Positions 63,957 to 64,000 of a stretch of 64,000 bases of DNA are shown piece by piece (position 1 is the stretch's first letter; every line of letters starts with the position of its first letter). The position numbers were made by a program, and so were the translations under genes. Source of the stretch: Psammoneis japonica (Eukaryota); the NCBI GenBank assembly GCA_008632985.1, contig QPGO01000036.1, forward strand, positions 62,001 to 126,000. The letters run 5' to 3'. Under the pieces are notes generated by a model. That model was not told the DNA's origin, ran no database searches, and was given only the letters and a program-made list of their open reading frames with translations.

Positions 63957-64000
63957 GCCCCTTCTCATCTTCCCTCATTCGGTTCAAGGGGGGTGACAGG

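Larger units (their letters stand above)
56422..64000 (+). mobile_element. Ty1/copia LTR retrotransposon, near full length; 3' LTR starts at 63994 and runs off the window
   Basis: LTR, gag-pol in PR-IN-RT-RH order, PPT AAGGGGGG at 63986-63993. Confidence 0.95.

Overview
Eukaryotic genomic DNA, most likely a diatom (inferred from short GT-AG introns, a bipartite plastid-targeting presequence, HA-domain and DUF285 genes, and the TE families present). About 1-49 kb is a graveyard of decayed TEs and gene copies: Gypsy, Tc1/IS630, LINE, piggyBac-like, MSH5, DUF285, REX4-like and glutathione reductase fragments. It includes a ~13.6 kb segment duplicated at ~32.4-43.7 kb and two islands of normal composition (13.6-16.5 kb, 28.6-31.2 kb). 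About 49.5-56.4 kb holds compact host genes: a YCII-like plastid protein, a MATE transporter, a COG0523/CobW GTPase and a SAM methyltransferase. A nearly full-length Ty1/copia element follows (56.4-64 kb). The main signal is a repeat-restricted, strand-symmetric hypermutation converting TpA to TpG/CpA (A>G / T>C), opposite in direction to fungal RIP. It is visible in paired copies within the window: two LTRs of one element, intact versus decayed TE copies, and the two duplicated segments. It turns conserved Tyr into Cys/His, appears to precede CpG decay, spreads into neighbouring genes and spares the copia 5' LTR. I know of no description of this process, but could not check the literature. 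Most short ORFs in the supplied track over 1-49 kb are artefacts of TAA/TAG stop-codon loss.
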